Positions 44,305-54,090 of a stretch of 64,000 bases of DNA are shown here, one piece after another. The translations under genes were made by a program, and so were the position numbers. The stretch's first letter is position 1; each line of letters opens with the position of its first letter. Source of the stretch: Microgenomates group bacterium (lineage in GTDB: Bacteria; Patescibacteriota; Microgenomatia; UBA1400; MFAQ01); the NCBI GenBank assembly GCA_049303575.1, contig JBAQNH010000002.1, positions 180,717 to 244,716 of the forward strand, read 5' to 3'. The notes beneath the pieces were generated by a model. The model made no database searches. It worked only from the letters and a program-made list of their open reading frames with translations, and was not told the origin of the DNA.

Positions 44305-46260
44305 CTAATCGACCTTGATTAAGTAAGTGTCGCCTTCTTTCCAAACCATTTCTCCAAGTTGCCATATTTTTTCTTCATTAACCTTGTAGGTTATTTTTTC
44401 GTCAAGACCAACCAGTATCCAGCCTATGTTGTACTTATCAAGTATTTCTTTTGTTTTCTCAATACTCGCTCCCTGGTATATCTCCTTAACTTCGGTTTCT
44501 CGGGAAGCCACCGCACTATAACCACCCCTCCACAACCACTCGTGTACCCGCCAACCTTGAATTGTTGGCACTCCGGAAAATACCGACACGGCATTAAATA
44601 GGGTATAGCTGTCACCGACCGCCTCAACCATATTTTTCCCGTCCATATTTTTTCTCAGATATTTCACTGCTCCATAATTTTCCGGGACTTTAGTCTGCAT
44701 CCATTTTTCACCATCCAAACCATAATAATTCGAAAAATTATCATAGTAAGTGGTGAAGGCTATAAACGAGAAGTTCATCGTTCCTACAAAGATAAAGAAA
44801 ATAATAAATGTTGCCGCGACTCTCAAACCTAAAACAATTTTTTTACCTCTATCTAATAAATTTCCCAAAGTCACTCCCAATAAAATTCCCATCAGAATAA
44901 ACGCTTGATAAGTTAGTTTGAACATTGTATTTGCCCTTGGATGGTTTGGGTAAATGTCTCGGGCGAAGACAAACTCTGGAATCGCTATCAAAAACACGGC
45001 ACTTAGAGCCAGTGTTCGAATAACTATTTTTTTCTCACCTCTCCCCTCGATAATCATTGCCAAAATATTAACCACCATTCCTCCGCTCCACAGAACTAAT
45101 AACTGCCAAAAAGGCGATCTTTCCGTTACCACCTCTACCCCGCTTGAAATCGAAGTAAACGACAGCCACCAGGGTAAAGCCACCAATAAAAACGATACCA
45201 ACATTATTCCCGCCGTTTCCAAAAGCTTTTTCAATTCCCCGGTGTTCGCCACAATCATCTGTATCCCCAAAACCAAAAGTACCAAACCATAAACCGCTAC
45301 ATCCCAGGTATTGGTCATCATCATTACTCCAAACAAAACTCCCATTACTATCTCGTAAACTCTTTTTTTATTTTCAACCCAGGAAAACAGTACTACTAAA
45401 AAAGTCAGAATAATTGGCAAATCCAATACGTGGCCATGCAAATCGGAAACCACAAAACTATAGCTAGGAAACTCATGAATGGTATTGTGGATGAATCTGG
45501 TGGCTTCAGCATACCAATAATTGTCAAGACTCCTGTTCTTAATTAGATACCAGATTACATGACTATTCCCGGCTACCATCACCGCCAGGGCGCCAACTAT
45601 TCCCCCAATTGTGGATGCTCTGGAATTTTTGTTTCCGGCGAGCATTACACATACCAAAAATACCAAACTCATCGAAGTACCAAAGATAAAAGCTAACATC
45701 AAGTTATAACCTACTGCCGGTGTCACCCCCCAAACTCTTACCCAAATACTGGCCCAAAAATGTCCAAAGGAATAGTAATTAATTGTTTGCCCTGCTTGCC
45801 ACATATCCGGAGCCGGTAATGTGGGTGACAATAAATATTGTTTTAGAAAACCGAAGTCCATAAATTTTTCCAAGCTATCCAAATTTGGCGCGTGTGCTCG
45901 AATCAAAGCCATCACTCCAAATCCGACTAAAAAAAGATATTCTTCAATGGCGATTATTTTGGCCGTCGTTCTTGCTACGGTAAAAGCTTTTACTCCGTGA
46001 GTAATAATTTGCCACAAACTTAATAGACCAAACAAAGCTAGAATTGCGAACAGTTTTCCGCTATTATTTTCCGCAATACCCAAGTAGCTCAACTGCCAAA
46101 TTAAAAGAGCTGCCACCAAGGTGGCCATCACCCTCCCCAAAGCCCAACCCTGATCCGGTAGTTTAGAAAAATACTTTTTAATTAAAGGCCAAACTAAAAA
46201 TTGCAAGCCAAGACTGATGACATATGTCCTAAGGATCGTTATCAAGTCAACACTCCACAT
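44305..46260 (-). CDS. Large polytopic membrane protein (DUF2298/YYY-family-like, putative glycosyltransferase) with C-terminal soluble domain
   Basis: At least 12 TM helices followed by about 150 aa of soluble C-terminus. Family assignment is tentative. Confidence 0.45.
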   Translation of the reverse strand: MWSVDLITILRTYVISLGLQFLVWPLIKKYFSKLPDQGWALGRVMATLVAALLIWQLSYLGIAENNSGKLFAILALFGLLSLWQIITHGVKAFTVARTTAKIIAIEEYLFLVGFGVMALIRAHAPNLDSLEKFMDFGFLKQYLLSPTLPAPDMWQAGQTINYYSFGHFWASIWVRVWGVTPAVGYNLMLAFIFGTSMSLVFLVCVMLAGNKNSRASTIGGIVGALAVMVAGNSHVIWYLIKNRSLDNYWYAEATRFIHNTIHEFPSYSFVVSDLHGHVLDLPIILTFLVVLFSWVENKKRVYEIVMGVLFGVMMMTNTWDVAVYGLVLLVLGIQMIVANTGELKKLLETAGIMLVSFLLVALPWWLSFTSISSGVEVVTERSPFWQLLVLWSGGMVVNILAMIIEGRGEKKIVIRTLALSAVFLIAIPEFVFARDIYPNHPRANTMFKLTYQAFILMGILLGVTLGNLLDRGKKIVLGLRVAATFIIFFIFVGTMNFSFIAFTTYYDNFSNYYGLDGEKWMQTKVPENYGAVKYLRKNMDGKNMVEAVGDSYTLFNAVSVFSGVPTIQGWRVHEWLWRGGYSAVASRETEVKEIYQGASIEKTKEILDKYNIGWILVGLDEKITYKVNEEKIWQLGEMVWKEGDTYLIKVD

Positions 46261-46267
46261 ACTACTA

Positions 46268-47518
46268 TCATAAGTCCCTTTCTATCATTTTGGCGACATC
46301 GTTCCCCATCTTCACAGCATAATTTGTTCCTCGGTCAAACGGGTAAACCATACTCATGTTGGCCAAATATAAACCTTTATGTTTAGTCTTTATCTTGGGT
46401 AATTCTTTTGAGTAGTTCACCGGGAAAACCGGCTGAGCAAAAGGTTTTCGGAAAACGGCCGCACCCTTAATCCACTTTTTTCTGAAAAGTCGATTCACTT
46501 TCCGTAGATAAGGAAGATACATCGTAATCAGCTCTTCTTGAGTCATCTTTAGTTGTTTACTGTCTTCCGGTAAATAATTTCCTAGGTATAAAACCCTGTT
46601 GTTTCCATAATATTTTTTATCAATCATATTAGTATGTTCCACTACCACTAAAAACGGCCAATTCTTTTCCAAAATATTCATCCAATAGCCTCTTATAAGT
46701 TTTTTATTAAGTTTCAACATCACTGTCTGTCCCCATAGATACGAAATCTTCGGGAAGGGATCCATTTCAACGTCTAATATTTTTTCCATCACTGGTGCGG
46801 GCACCGTCACCACCACTCCATCAAAATCAGCATCGTCAACAAGCCACTTACCGTCCTCTCTTTTTTTAATCTGATTGATTTTTCTTCCCAGTATGATTTT
46901 TCCACCCAGTCTGATGATTTTTTCGCCGGTTTTTTCTGCCAATTTTTGGAAACCTTCTTCAAAATATCCCAAATTTTTGGTTCTTTTAGCAACTCTGGTC
47001 CAAAACCAAGACATATTTACAGTAGAGGCAAAAGGTCCAAACTTTGCTTTCAGAAGTTTTTCCCAAATAATTCGATATCCTTCTTTCCCGATTAATCGAG
47101 GTAACATCTCTACCACTTTATATTTCTCAAAAAACAAACCATTTGGAATAAGCTTCAATATCGCCAGCCCGATACCCATTTGTACTCGACTAAAAATACT
47201 CAACCCGGAAAACTTTAACAGTGAAACAGGAGAGTCGAGCTGGACCTCTTTTTTGTTAAGAAAGCTTGTGGTTACCGGGTTTTTAACCAACGTCTTAGCT
47301 CCGACATCTTTAGCCAGCTCCAGAATATCTCTGTCGTTTGTAAAAACGTGATGATAAAAATACTCCAAACTCCACTTCCAATTCTTCTCGCGTACCCCTC
47401 CGGCCAATCCTCCCAAAGTATTTGCCTCTTCATACAAAACAACATCAACATTTTTTTTCACTAGAGCAAGAGCACAAGCAAGTCCGGTAAAACCACCCCC
47501 AATTACGGCAATCTTCAT
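46268..47518 (-). CDS. FAD/NAD(P)-binding oxidoreductase (amine-oxidase/desaturase-like)
   Basis: N-terminal Rossmann dinucleotide-binding MKIAVIGGGFTGLACALAL...LYEEANTLGG. Confidence 0.6.
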   Translation of the reverse strand: MKIAVIGGGFTGLACALALVKKNVDVVLYEEANTLGGLAGGVREKNWKWSLEYFYHHVFTNDRDILELAKDVGAKTLVKNPVTTSFLNKKEVQLDSPVSLLKFSGLSIFSRVQMGIGLAILKLIPNGLFFEKYKVVEMLPRLIGKEGYRIIWEKLLKAKFGPFASTVNMSWFWTRVAKRTKNLGYFEEGFQKLAEKTGEKIIRLGGKIILGRKINQIKKREDGKWLVDDADFDGVVVTVPAPVMEKILDVEMDPFPKISYLWGQTVMLKLNKKLIRGYWMNILEKNWPFLVVVEHTNMIDKKYYGNNRVLYLGNYLPEDSKQLKMTQEELITMYLPYLRKVNRLFRKKWIKGAAVFRKPFAQPVFPVNYSKELPKIKTKHKGLYLANMSMVYPFDRGTNYAVKMGNDVAKMIERDL

Positions 47519-47520
47519 GT

Positions 47521-48897
47521 TTACAAGGCTAACAAGATTCCTACAATCGCGAGTAATAGTCCTCCACCAAAGGCTGCGATCCCGGGAAGATCAAAGATAC
47601 CAGCTTCTGGAAGAATTGTCGGTGTGGGTGTTGTTGTTACCACCGCTACAACTGTTTGCGTCGGTGTTGGTACGGATACCGTCGGCGCGGAAGTGACCAC
47701 AACTGTTTGCGTCGTGGCTGCACAGGTACAATCATCTTCAGCTGTACAGGCTGCGGTTCGACATTTACTCGTTGTAGTGTCACAGGTTAGTCCGGTTGTA
47801 CACTCGGCGTTGGTGGTACAGGTATTGTTACATCCAACTACTGTGCTCACAGTTAGATCCTTAACGAGACTCAGTGTTCCACCCGGGAATGTCACTTTTC
47901 CCGTATTAGTAATTACCGTACCGTTAGCAACTCCCTCACTAGCCTTTACTCTGAAGTTAAACTTCTTTGTTTCAGCAGGACTAATTGTTGTATTACATGT
48001 TAGTTCCGTATCTGTTGCACTCCAAGTACATCCGGCACTGGCGTCCATAAATGTGACCGGCATATCTTTCAACGAGTCTTTAATCACGACACTGGTAGCA
48101 TTTGCCGTACCCGTATTTGTCAGTGAAATTGAATAAACGTATATTTGGCTCTTAGACACGGTACTCATCTCGGACGTCAGTGTATAAGTTCCAGCCACAT
48201 TTTCCGTCTCGTTTTTAAAGGCGGTCTTGCTTCCTGAGAGAGTTATGACAACCGGAGGTTCAACCCTTAAGCTATTTAGCCCTGTAAAAGTCTGGCTACC
48301 CAAAGTAGCAATCGCCGCGTTATCAATAGTAGAAGCTAGTGTAAAATCACCCGTTACCTTTACCCTGAAATACTTTTCTATACTTTGTCCGGCTGTAAGG
48401 TTGAAAGCGGTGCAACTATATTTTCTTGTCGCAGCATCAAAACTACAACTTTGATTGGCTGGTGAGTCAACGAAAGTTAGCTTGTCTAAGTTTCCCCCCA
48501 TCAGAGTATCACTCAAAACCACCCCACTTACAGGATCAGCTCCGATGTTTTTTACTTGAATTCGGTATACAAAAGTAGCTCCCATCGTCGCCATATCTGT
48601 GTCAGTTCTTATGGTGTAACCTTCAGTTTTTGCAGCATCATCTACGTATGTCGAGGCTTTCTTCACCACGGTTACGTTCGTCTCTGCTGCCGTTGCTGTT
48701 CCGGTCACTGTACAGGCAGGGTCACCAACCCACTGAGTTCCGATTGGTGTTATTTCTGCTGCTGCGGGTTCACTCTCTGGCGCAGTCGGAGCCACGGCTT
48801 CTCGAGTAGAAAGCTGAGTTGCCACGTAAATCGAAGCGCCTCCAAGAAGAATCACAATTAGTACAAGGGCAATGGCTAGTATTTTTTTCTTATTCAT
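47521..48897 (-). CDS. Cell-surface protein with N-terminal TM anchor, DUF11-like beta domains, Cys-rich region and C-terminal LPEAG + TM sorting-like signal
   Basis: N-terminal ILAIALVLIVILLGG then YVATQLSTREAVAPTAPESEP. C-terminal ...TPTILPEAGIFDLPGIAAFGGGLLLAIVGILLAL. Confidence 0.6.
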   Translation of the reverse strand: MNKKKILAIALVLIVILLGGASIYVATQLSTREAVAPTAPESEPAAAEITPIGTQWVGDPACTVTGTATAAETNVTVVKKASTYVDDAAKTEGYTIRTDTDMATMGATFVYRIQVKNIGADPVSGVVLSDTLMGGNLDKLTFVDSPANQSCSFDAATRKYSCTAFNLTAGQSIEKYFRVKVTGDFTLASTIDNAAIATLGSQTFTGLNSLRVEPPVVITLSGSKTAFKNETENVAGTYTLTSEMSTVSKSQIYVYSISLTNTGTANATSVVIKDSLKDMPVTFMDASAGCTWSATDTELTCNTTISPAETKKFNFRVKASEGVANGTVITNTGKVTFPGGTLSLVKDLTVSTVVGCNNTCTTNAECTTGLTCDTTTSKCRTAACTAEDDCTCAATTQTVVVTSAPTVSVPTPTQTVVAVVTTTPTPTILPEAGIFDLPGIAAFGGGLLLAIVGILLAL

Positions 48898-48902
48898 TTA
48901 TC

Positions 48903-50795
48903 TTATGGTGTGGTACTAACTTGTGCTTCAAACTGATAACTTCCGGGTGATCCAACTAGATAATCTGAGTAACTTGATACCTTTGCTACGGTTGAACTTG
49001 CAGACATCCAGTTTCCAGGAATGTTATTTACATGTACTCTAAACTGTGCCCTCAAATTATCAAGACTTCCTGTTACTGAGAATTTGAGCAAGTCACCCAC
49101 CTTTAAACTTTGTAGTTGAGTCGCGGTTAGTGGTGTGGCTGGATATACTCCGTTTACGGCCTTGTAAATCTTGACATTTACACACGCTCCTACAACTGGT
49201 GTTGTTGGCGTTGTCGCTTTATATCCAACTACGACGTCAAAATCGTTAAAGTCATAGTTTGCATCCAACTGTCCTCTGGTATCGTTGTCAGCTCCTTGAA
49301 TTGTATCCGCCCAACACTGGAATGGTGAACTAATTCCTGCTGTCGTAGAAATTCCAAAGCTGCTTAATGCCGATGGTGTTATCCTCGAACTGATATCTCT
49401 TAACTCGCCATATCTTCGACAACTTCCTCCAGAAGGATTAATATAGCCCAAGGAGTTTGTTGTTTCGTTTCCCAACTTTATGGTAACTGTATAAGTTCCC
49501 GGTTGGATCACTGCATCAAAATTATTGTCGTCAACTTTTGTTATGGCTGCACTGGTTCCGGTTCCAGCCAAGGTAACCGTTGTTCCGGCACTTGCTCCTG
49601 TAAGGTGAATACGTACTGTTCCTGCCGTTGTGAAGTTTATGGTGTTAATTTTGCTTCTGTCTGGATTACAAATCAGCTGGTTCTCTTGGCTACTCGTTGC
49701 CCCCGCTATATATGTATATGACACACACACATCAGTTCCACCAACAGGAGCTGTTGGTGCTGCTGTCGTGGTTGGAGCAGCCGTTGGAGCAGCTGTTGGT
49801 GCTGCTGTCGTGGTTGGAGCAGCCGTTGCTGTTGGCACTACCGGAGTACACGAACCCCATTCTCCGCAAGCTGGCTTTGATGCAATTCCTAATGAAATAC
49901 AAGTTCTTGTACCAGCCACTCCCGCGATACCGGAAGTACAACCAGATGTCTGAGCGGTTACACACTCACAAGCTTGTGTCGGTGTTGGTGTTGATGCGGC
50001 AGCACAGCTACTATTGTCTACACAATTTGAAGAGGGACAAGCTTGGGTATAACCAACTGTTGTCGTTGTTGTAGCACAAACGCTTCCGGAACAATTACGA
50101 ACGGTACAAGTTTTTGTAGTAGGAGTAGCTGTTGGTGTTGGTTGGGTAGTACAAGTCGCATCTGGAGTACAGTAATAACCTGCAAAAGAAGTCCCTGGAG
50201 CCTGAACTTTACACCTTTCACCTGTTTGACAGCCTGCTGCAACTCCACACGTTCCCTCTTTGTCGGCGGCACATCTACTGCCAGCCAAAGGTTCACTCTC
50301 TGGTGCTGTTGGAGCTATTGCCTGCCTTGTCGATAATTGATTGGAAACATAGTAAGCCGCTCCGGCTACACCAACAACCAGTAGCAAAGCCACAATACCT
50401 CCAATAATTGGAAACATCTTTTTCTTGGGGCTTTCTGCCGGCATTGATACTTCTTCTGGAGCAGGTGTCGGTGCCGAAAAAGGTTCCGGTGAAGGAATGG
50501 TTGTTGTTGTGGTCGTGGTTGTAATTGGTTCCGATTGGGGAGTAGGTGTGGGCAAAGATTCTGGACTTGGCCACGGCGTTATTGGAGCCGTTTCGGCTGG
50601 TGGGGTCATCGTTTCGGCGGGAGTTACTGCAGTTTGTTCAACGGGAGTAACTGGTTCAGTATAAGTTGTTGTCGTTGTCGTCGTTACTGGAGTCGGGGTC
50701 GGGGATTCGACGGGAGTTATGTCTTCGGCCACCTCGGGGGTAACCGGAGTCGTACCCGAAACCAAAGGCTGATTAATTTTATTTTGATCGTCCAT
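48903..50795 (-). CDS. Thr/Pro-rich, Cys-rich cell-surface protein with internal TM anchor
   Basis: About 130-aa T/P-rich N-terminus, TM (MFPIIGGIVALLLVVGVAGAAYYV), then SNQLSTRQAIAPTAPESEP (shared with the previous gene), a Cys-rich module, TAAPT tandem repeats and beta-rich C-terminal domains. Confidence 0.6.
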   Translation of the reverse strand: MDDQNKINQPLVSGTTPVTPEVAEDITPVESPTPTPVTTTTTTTYTEPVTPVEQTAVTPAETMTPPAETAPITPWPSPESLPTPTPQSEPITTTTTTTTIPSPEPFSAPTPAPEEVSMPAESPKKKMFPIIGGIVALLLVVGVAGAAYYVSNQLSTRQAIAPTAPESEPLAGSRCAADKEGTCGVAAGCQTGERCKVQAPGTSFAGYYCTPDATCTTQPTPTATPTTKTCTVRNCSGSVCATTTTTVGYTQACPSSNCVDNSSCAAASTPTPTQACECVTAQTSGCTSGIAGVAGTRTCISLGIASKPACGEWGSCTPVVPTATAAPTTTAAPTAAPTAAPTTTAAPTAPVGGTDVCVSYTYIAGATSSQENQLICNPDRSKINTINFTTAGTVRIHLTGASAGTTVTLAGTGTSAAITKVDDNNFDAVIQPGTYTVTIKLGNETTNSLGYINPSGGSCRRYGELRDISSRITPSALSSFGISTTAGISSPFQCWADTIQGADNDTRGQLDANYDFNDFDVVVGYKATTPTTPVVGACVNVKIYKAVNGVYPATPLTATQLQSLKVGDLLKFSVTGSLDNLRAQFRVHVNNIPGNWMSASSTVAKVSSYSDYLVGSPGSYQFEAQVSTTP

Positions 50796-50857
50796 GCGTT
50801 TAAGTACGGTCCATTAAAGAGGGCCTGTCTACACTATAAAGAAGTTTTGGTAATTTA

Positions 50858-52243
50858 TCAATCTCTCCACCATTTTTTTGATGTTCGTCCAAAAATAAAT
50901 AATATAATTCCCAGTATTCCCATTAAAATAGTAAAGTCCAAAGCTCCGGCTTCTTCCAACGTCCCCGAGCTGGTTGCGGGCATACTTGGTTCCTCAGTTG
51001 GTGTTGCCGACACGGGTGCCGACACCGTTGCTGTCGGTGAAATTGGTGAAACAGTAACCGTCGCCGAAGGTGTCGCTGTAAATGCCGGCAATCCTGCCGT
51101 ACTGTCCGACGCCAAAACGGTAAAGGTTCTGATTACTTTCTGGAAGATATTGTTTTCATCGGTGTACTCCAATGTCAGAGTATGTACTCCCGGTTCTAAA
51201 TTTTGAGGAGGAGTCCACTTCCAAACGCCATCTTTATCAGCCTTAATAATCTGTGTCAATTCAATCGGAGAGTTTACTGTAACTCTGATGGTTGTTCCGG
51301 GGGTCGCTTTTCCCGCAAACTCCGGTGAACTAGTGGCTATCATTTCTCCGTTTATTGCCGGATTCATAATTATCATCGAACCAGCCGCCTCGGTCGCTTC
51401 TGGTGCGAGAACGGGAGCCGCTTCTTCGGTGATATTTTTAAAACCACCACTTTTTATATCGGACTCGACCAATGTTCCCGAACCTGTTGCCACAGTTGTC
51501 TCCACAAAACTTTGATTTTTTCCTAATACAATGTCGGGTACCGGTTTGGTTTTTTCGGTATTAGTAATCGCCGTTGCGGTTCCCGAGATGCCCGCCTGAA
51601 CAAAAATTGAGACAAGTGACGTCTTGGGATCATACGTCAAAACCGCTCCGTCTTTGTCCCGCGATAAAGCCAAGTTTAGTCTCCAAGATCCATTGTTTGT
51701 CATCGCCGACAAAGTCTCTCCCCCCTGAACCTCGACATAAACAATCGCGTTGTTTATGGGACTAGAATCAGCGCCAATTACTTTTCCGCTTATGACGTCT
51801 TCAGGAGGTGCAATCACTTGTTGCCCCGTTCGTACCTCAAAAGGTTTTCCGGAGTCATCGTATGTCTGGGATCCTGATCCAATCATAAAATAAATAGTCT
51901 TGTCCGGATTTAATCCAGTTACTTTTACATAGTGATTGGTATAGCCCTGAGAACTTCCCGATATTTGATCACGGATATCACCCGCAGGTGTTGTGATTTT
52001 TGCTGGATTTTCCGAGTAACTTAGATATCCCGTTACTGGTGTATCGGTTGTCCAGCTAACGGTGAAGGTATTTGCTCCTCTATCGGATATCTTTACATTT
52101 TTTGGAGCTTCCGTCGGCCCGGCTTTGGTTAAAAGACCTTGGCGGTTATTTACGAGAACCACACCCGCAACCAAGCCTCCTAATAATATTAGGACTCCGA
52201 GGGCTGTTGGTATTTTCTTGGCCATCAGGCCTGTTTTATTCAC
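50858..52243 (-). CDS. Cell-surface protein with FN3-like and Ig-like domains and C-terminal LEEAG + TM + basic-tail sorting-like signal
   Basis: Signal/TM, FN3-like (NVKISDRGANTFTVSWTTDTPVTGYLSYSEN...YVKVTGLNPDKTIYFMI). C-terminal ...SSGTLEEAGALDFTILMGILGIILFIFGRTSKKWWRD. Confidence 0.6.
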   Translation of the reverse strand: MNKTGLMAKKIPTALGVLILLGGLVAGVVLVNNRQGLLTKAGPTEAPKNVKISDRGANTFTVSWTTDTPVTGYLSYSENPAKITTPAGDIRDQISGSSQGYTNHYVKVTGLNPDKTIYFMIGSGSQTYDDSGKPFEVRTGQQVIAPPEDVISGKVIGADSSPINNAIVYVEVQGGETLSAMTNNGSWRLNLALSRDKDGAVLTYDPKTSLVSIFVQAGISGTATAITNTEKTKPVPDIVLGKNQSFVETTVATGSGTLVESDIKSGGFKNITEEAAPVLAPEATEAAGSMIIMNPAINGEMIATSSPEFAGKATPGTTIRVTVNSPIELTQIIKADKDGVWKWTPPQNLEPGVHTLTLEYTDENNIFQKVIRTFTVLASDSTAGLPAFTATPSATVTVSPISPTATVSAPVSATPTEEPSMPATSSGTLEEAGALDFTILMGILGIILFIFGRTSKKWWRD

Positions 52244-52562
52244 TTATTTGTATTTGTGTTGTTGCCGAACCTGTAGACTCCGGTACTACTGGTTCGGTTG
52301 TCTCGGTTATCTCGGGCGTTGGGGTAGTAATCAATAGTAACCCCATCTCGGCTTCGGTATATACAGTTCTCTTTTCGAGATTGTCGATTACTGTTTGGTT
52401 GATTGCACCATCTAAAGATTTAATTGCTTTTGCTTGCTGTGTTGTCGTCTGACTTTTTACTGAGGCGGAGTAGATCTGGTAAGCCACTATTCCACCCACA
52501 ATAGATAGTCCCATTACTCCTACCAATAATATATAAGAAGATAGCGTTCTGGTTGCTTTCAT
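52236..52562 (-). CDS. Small membrane-anchored hypothetical protein in the pilNO operon
   Basis: N-terminal TM (YILLVGVMGLSIVGGIVAY) and a Thr/Pro-rich C-terminus. Confidence 0.4.
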   Translation of the reverse strand: MKATRTLSSYILLVGVMGLSIVGGIVAYQIYSASVKSQTTTQQAKAIKSLDGAINQTVIDNLEKRTVYTEAEMGLLLITTPTPEITETTEPVVPESTGSATTQIQISE

Positions 52563-53218
52563 TGTTTGTCGGTATAGAAGTAAAAGGTCATTTGTCCGGT
52601 AGCATTAAGTGAATCTTCTGTCCTAGTCAAACCAACTTGTTTAGTAAGAGAGACACTATTAAGTAAAACCAACCGATCCATATTTTCAACATCTTTAAGA
52701 AAAACAATCACATCTTGCGGTTTTCCTCTCACAGAAAACGTTAACTGATTAGACAAAATGTTTGCACTCGGTTTAATTAATTTTGTAGCCCATTCACCTC
52801 CAGTTTTTCCCTCACCAAGAAGAGAAATTCCTGGAAAAGCCAACGAATCGAGAACCAAATTATTTTTTTTTGCCACATATTCCAATCTAAGAGAACTATC
52901 AATATAGGAGAAGTTATCCGGAACAGCCTCGTCAAAAAGTCTCAACTTGCCTCTGAACGTATTTAGTTGATTCTGTGCATTCAAGAGTTGGACAATTTTA
53001 TTGTCGGCCTTTTTATTAATTACTTCTTGATCCTCAATTTTTTTCTGTAGGGAGACAATGTTGGTAAGTGTTGGTCTTATCGCGGCAAATATCAATATCG
53101 CTATGGTAAATACCGACAAAATTACTTCCAAAGATGCTCGTATCTCCGGACGTTTATACATCAGACTCACCCTTTGAAAGTAAAGAGAGTATTTTTCGTT
53201 GTTTAGTATGCTTGCCAT
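52559..53218 (-). CDS. pilO: Type IV pilus assembly protein PilO-like
   Basis: N-terminal TM followed by a coiled coil and a C-terminal ferredoxin-like region; positioned directly after pilN with a 1-nt overlap. Confidence 0.45.
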   Translation of the reverse strand: MASILNNEKYSLYFQRVSLMYKRPEIRASLEVILSVFTIAILIFAAIRPTLTNIVSLQKKIEDQEVINKKADNKIVQLLNAQNQLNTFRGKLRLFDEAVPDNFSYIDSSLRLEYVAKKNNLVLDSLAFPGISLLGEGKTGGEWATKLIKPSANILSNQLTFSVRGKPQDVIVFLKDVENMDRLVLLNSVSLTKQVGLTRTEDSLNATGQMTFYFYTDKQ

Positions 53219-53763
53219 TATTTAAAAGTAATTTGAACACCAAACTTCACTCCTCCGGTTGTTTGATCAAAGCTGGTTTCTTTCATGGTAATTGTTGCCA
53301 CCCCGGGCATTCTCTTGATCCCGCTAATAAACTGGGCAAATCCATACTCCGATTGTGCTTTTCCTACAACCATCAGACCGTCTTTATCAAGAGATAGACT
53401 GTCAAGGGAAGTTCCCACGGGTAAAATCTGTGTCAGGCCATCAATTTTTGATGCAAAAACAAGACCACTTCTTTGTGAAGTCTCCACCGGAAGTTGTTTG
53501 GCCAAAACCTTTCGCATCTCTACTTCCACCTCGGCATAAGCCGCAATCTGAGCTTCTTTTTGTATCAAAACTTCTCCCAAGTCGTCAAGTTTTTTATCAA
53601 AATAAAACCGAGATGCAAATGCCAGCAACACCACGAACTCAGTTAAGACCACCAAAACCCTGCCTGCTGTTGTAATCCACTTTAAAGTTTTCCCTGCAGT
53701 AGAGAACTCGAAACTATCCTTTGGCAATAAGTTAATACTAGAAACACTATGAGCAGTAGCCAC
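53218..53763 (-). CDS. pilN: Type IV pilus assembly protein PilN-like
   Basis: N-terminal INLLP motif (characteristic of PilN), then a single TM and coiled coil. Confidence 0.5.
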   Translation of the reverse strand: MATAHSVSSINLLPKDSFEFSTAGKTLKWITTAGRVLVVLTEFVVLLAFASRFYFDKKLDDLGEVLIQKEAQIAAYAEVEVEMRKVLAKQLPVETSQRSGLVFASKIDGLTQILPVGTSLDSLSLDKDGLMVVGKAQSEYGFAQFISGIKRMPGVATITMKETSFDQTTGGVKFGVQITFK

Positions 53764-53785
53764 ACCTTCAGTGTACCAAAAATCC

Positions 53786-54028
53786 TTACTTTTTGGGGGA
53801 GATTTTCTTGGACAAACGAGCCTTTATTCTGTCGGCCTTACCTTTTTTTAAAACACCCTTTTTTGCGGCTTTATCTACCATTGAGAAAGCAACAGACAGC
53901 GTTTCGATGGAGAGAACTTTCTTAAATGTATCGATGGCCGACTTTGCCTTAGTCTTAGTGGCTTTGTTAAATCCGGCCTTTTTTACGTCGGATCTGAGTT
54001 TTTTTATTGCTGATTTTGTTATTGGCAT
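53786..54028 (-). CDS. rpsT: 30S ribosomal protein S20
   Basis: 80 aa, very basic helical protein: MPITKSAIKKLRSDVKKAGFNKATKTKAKSAI.... Confidence 0.85.
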   Translation of the reverse strand: MPITKSAIKKLRSDVKKAGFNKATKTKAKSAIDTFKKVLSIETLSVAFSMVDKAAKKGVLKKGKADRIKARLSKKISPKK

Positions 54029-54090
54029 GCGCTAATTTTACCACGAGCTCCACCTAGCGCAAGTGAAGCTCATGAATTAAAATAACGACA

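Noticed and set aside
49740-49860. Tandem DNA repeats (gctgctgtcgtggttggagcagccgttggagca...) that could be mistaken for a repeat array
   Set aside because: They are in-frame codon repeats encoding TAAPTTTAAPTAAPTAAPTTTAAPTA inside the Thr/Pro-rich surface protein. There are no unique spacers, so this is not a CRISPR array. No CRISPR-like repeat-spacer structure was seen anywhere in the window.
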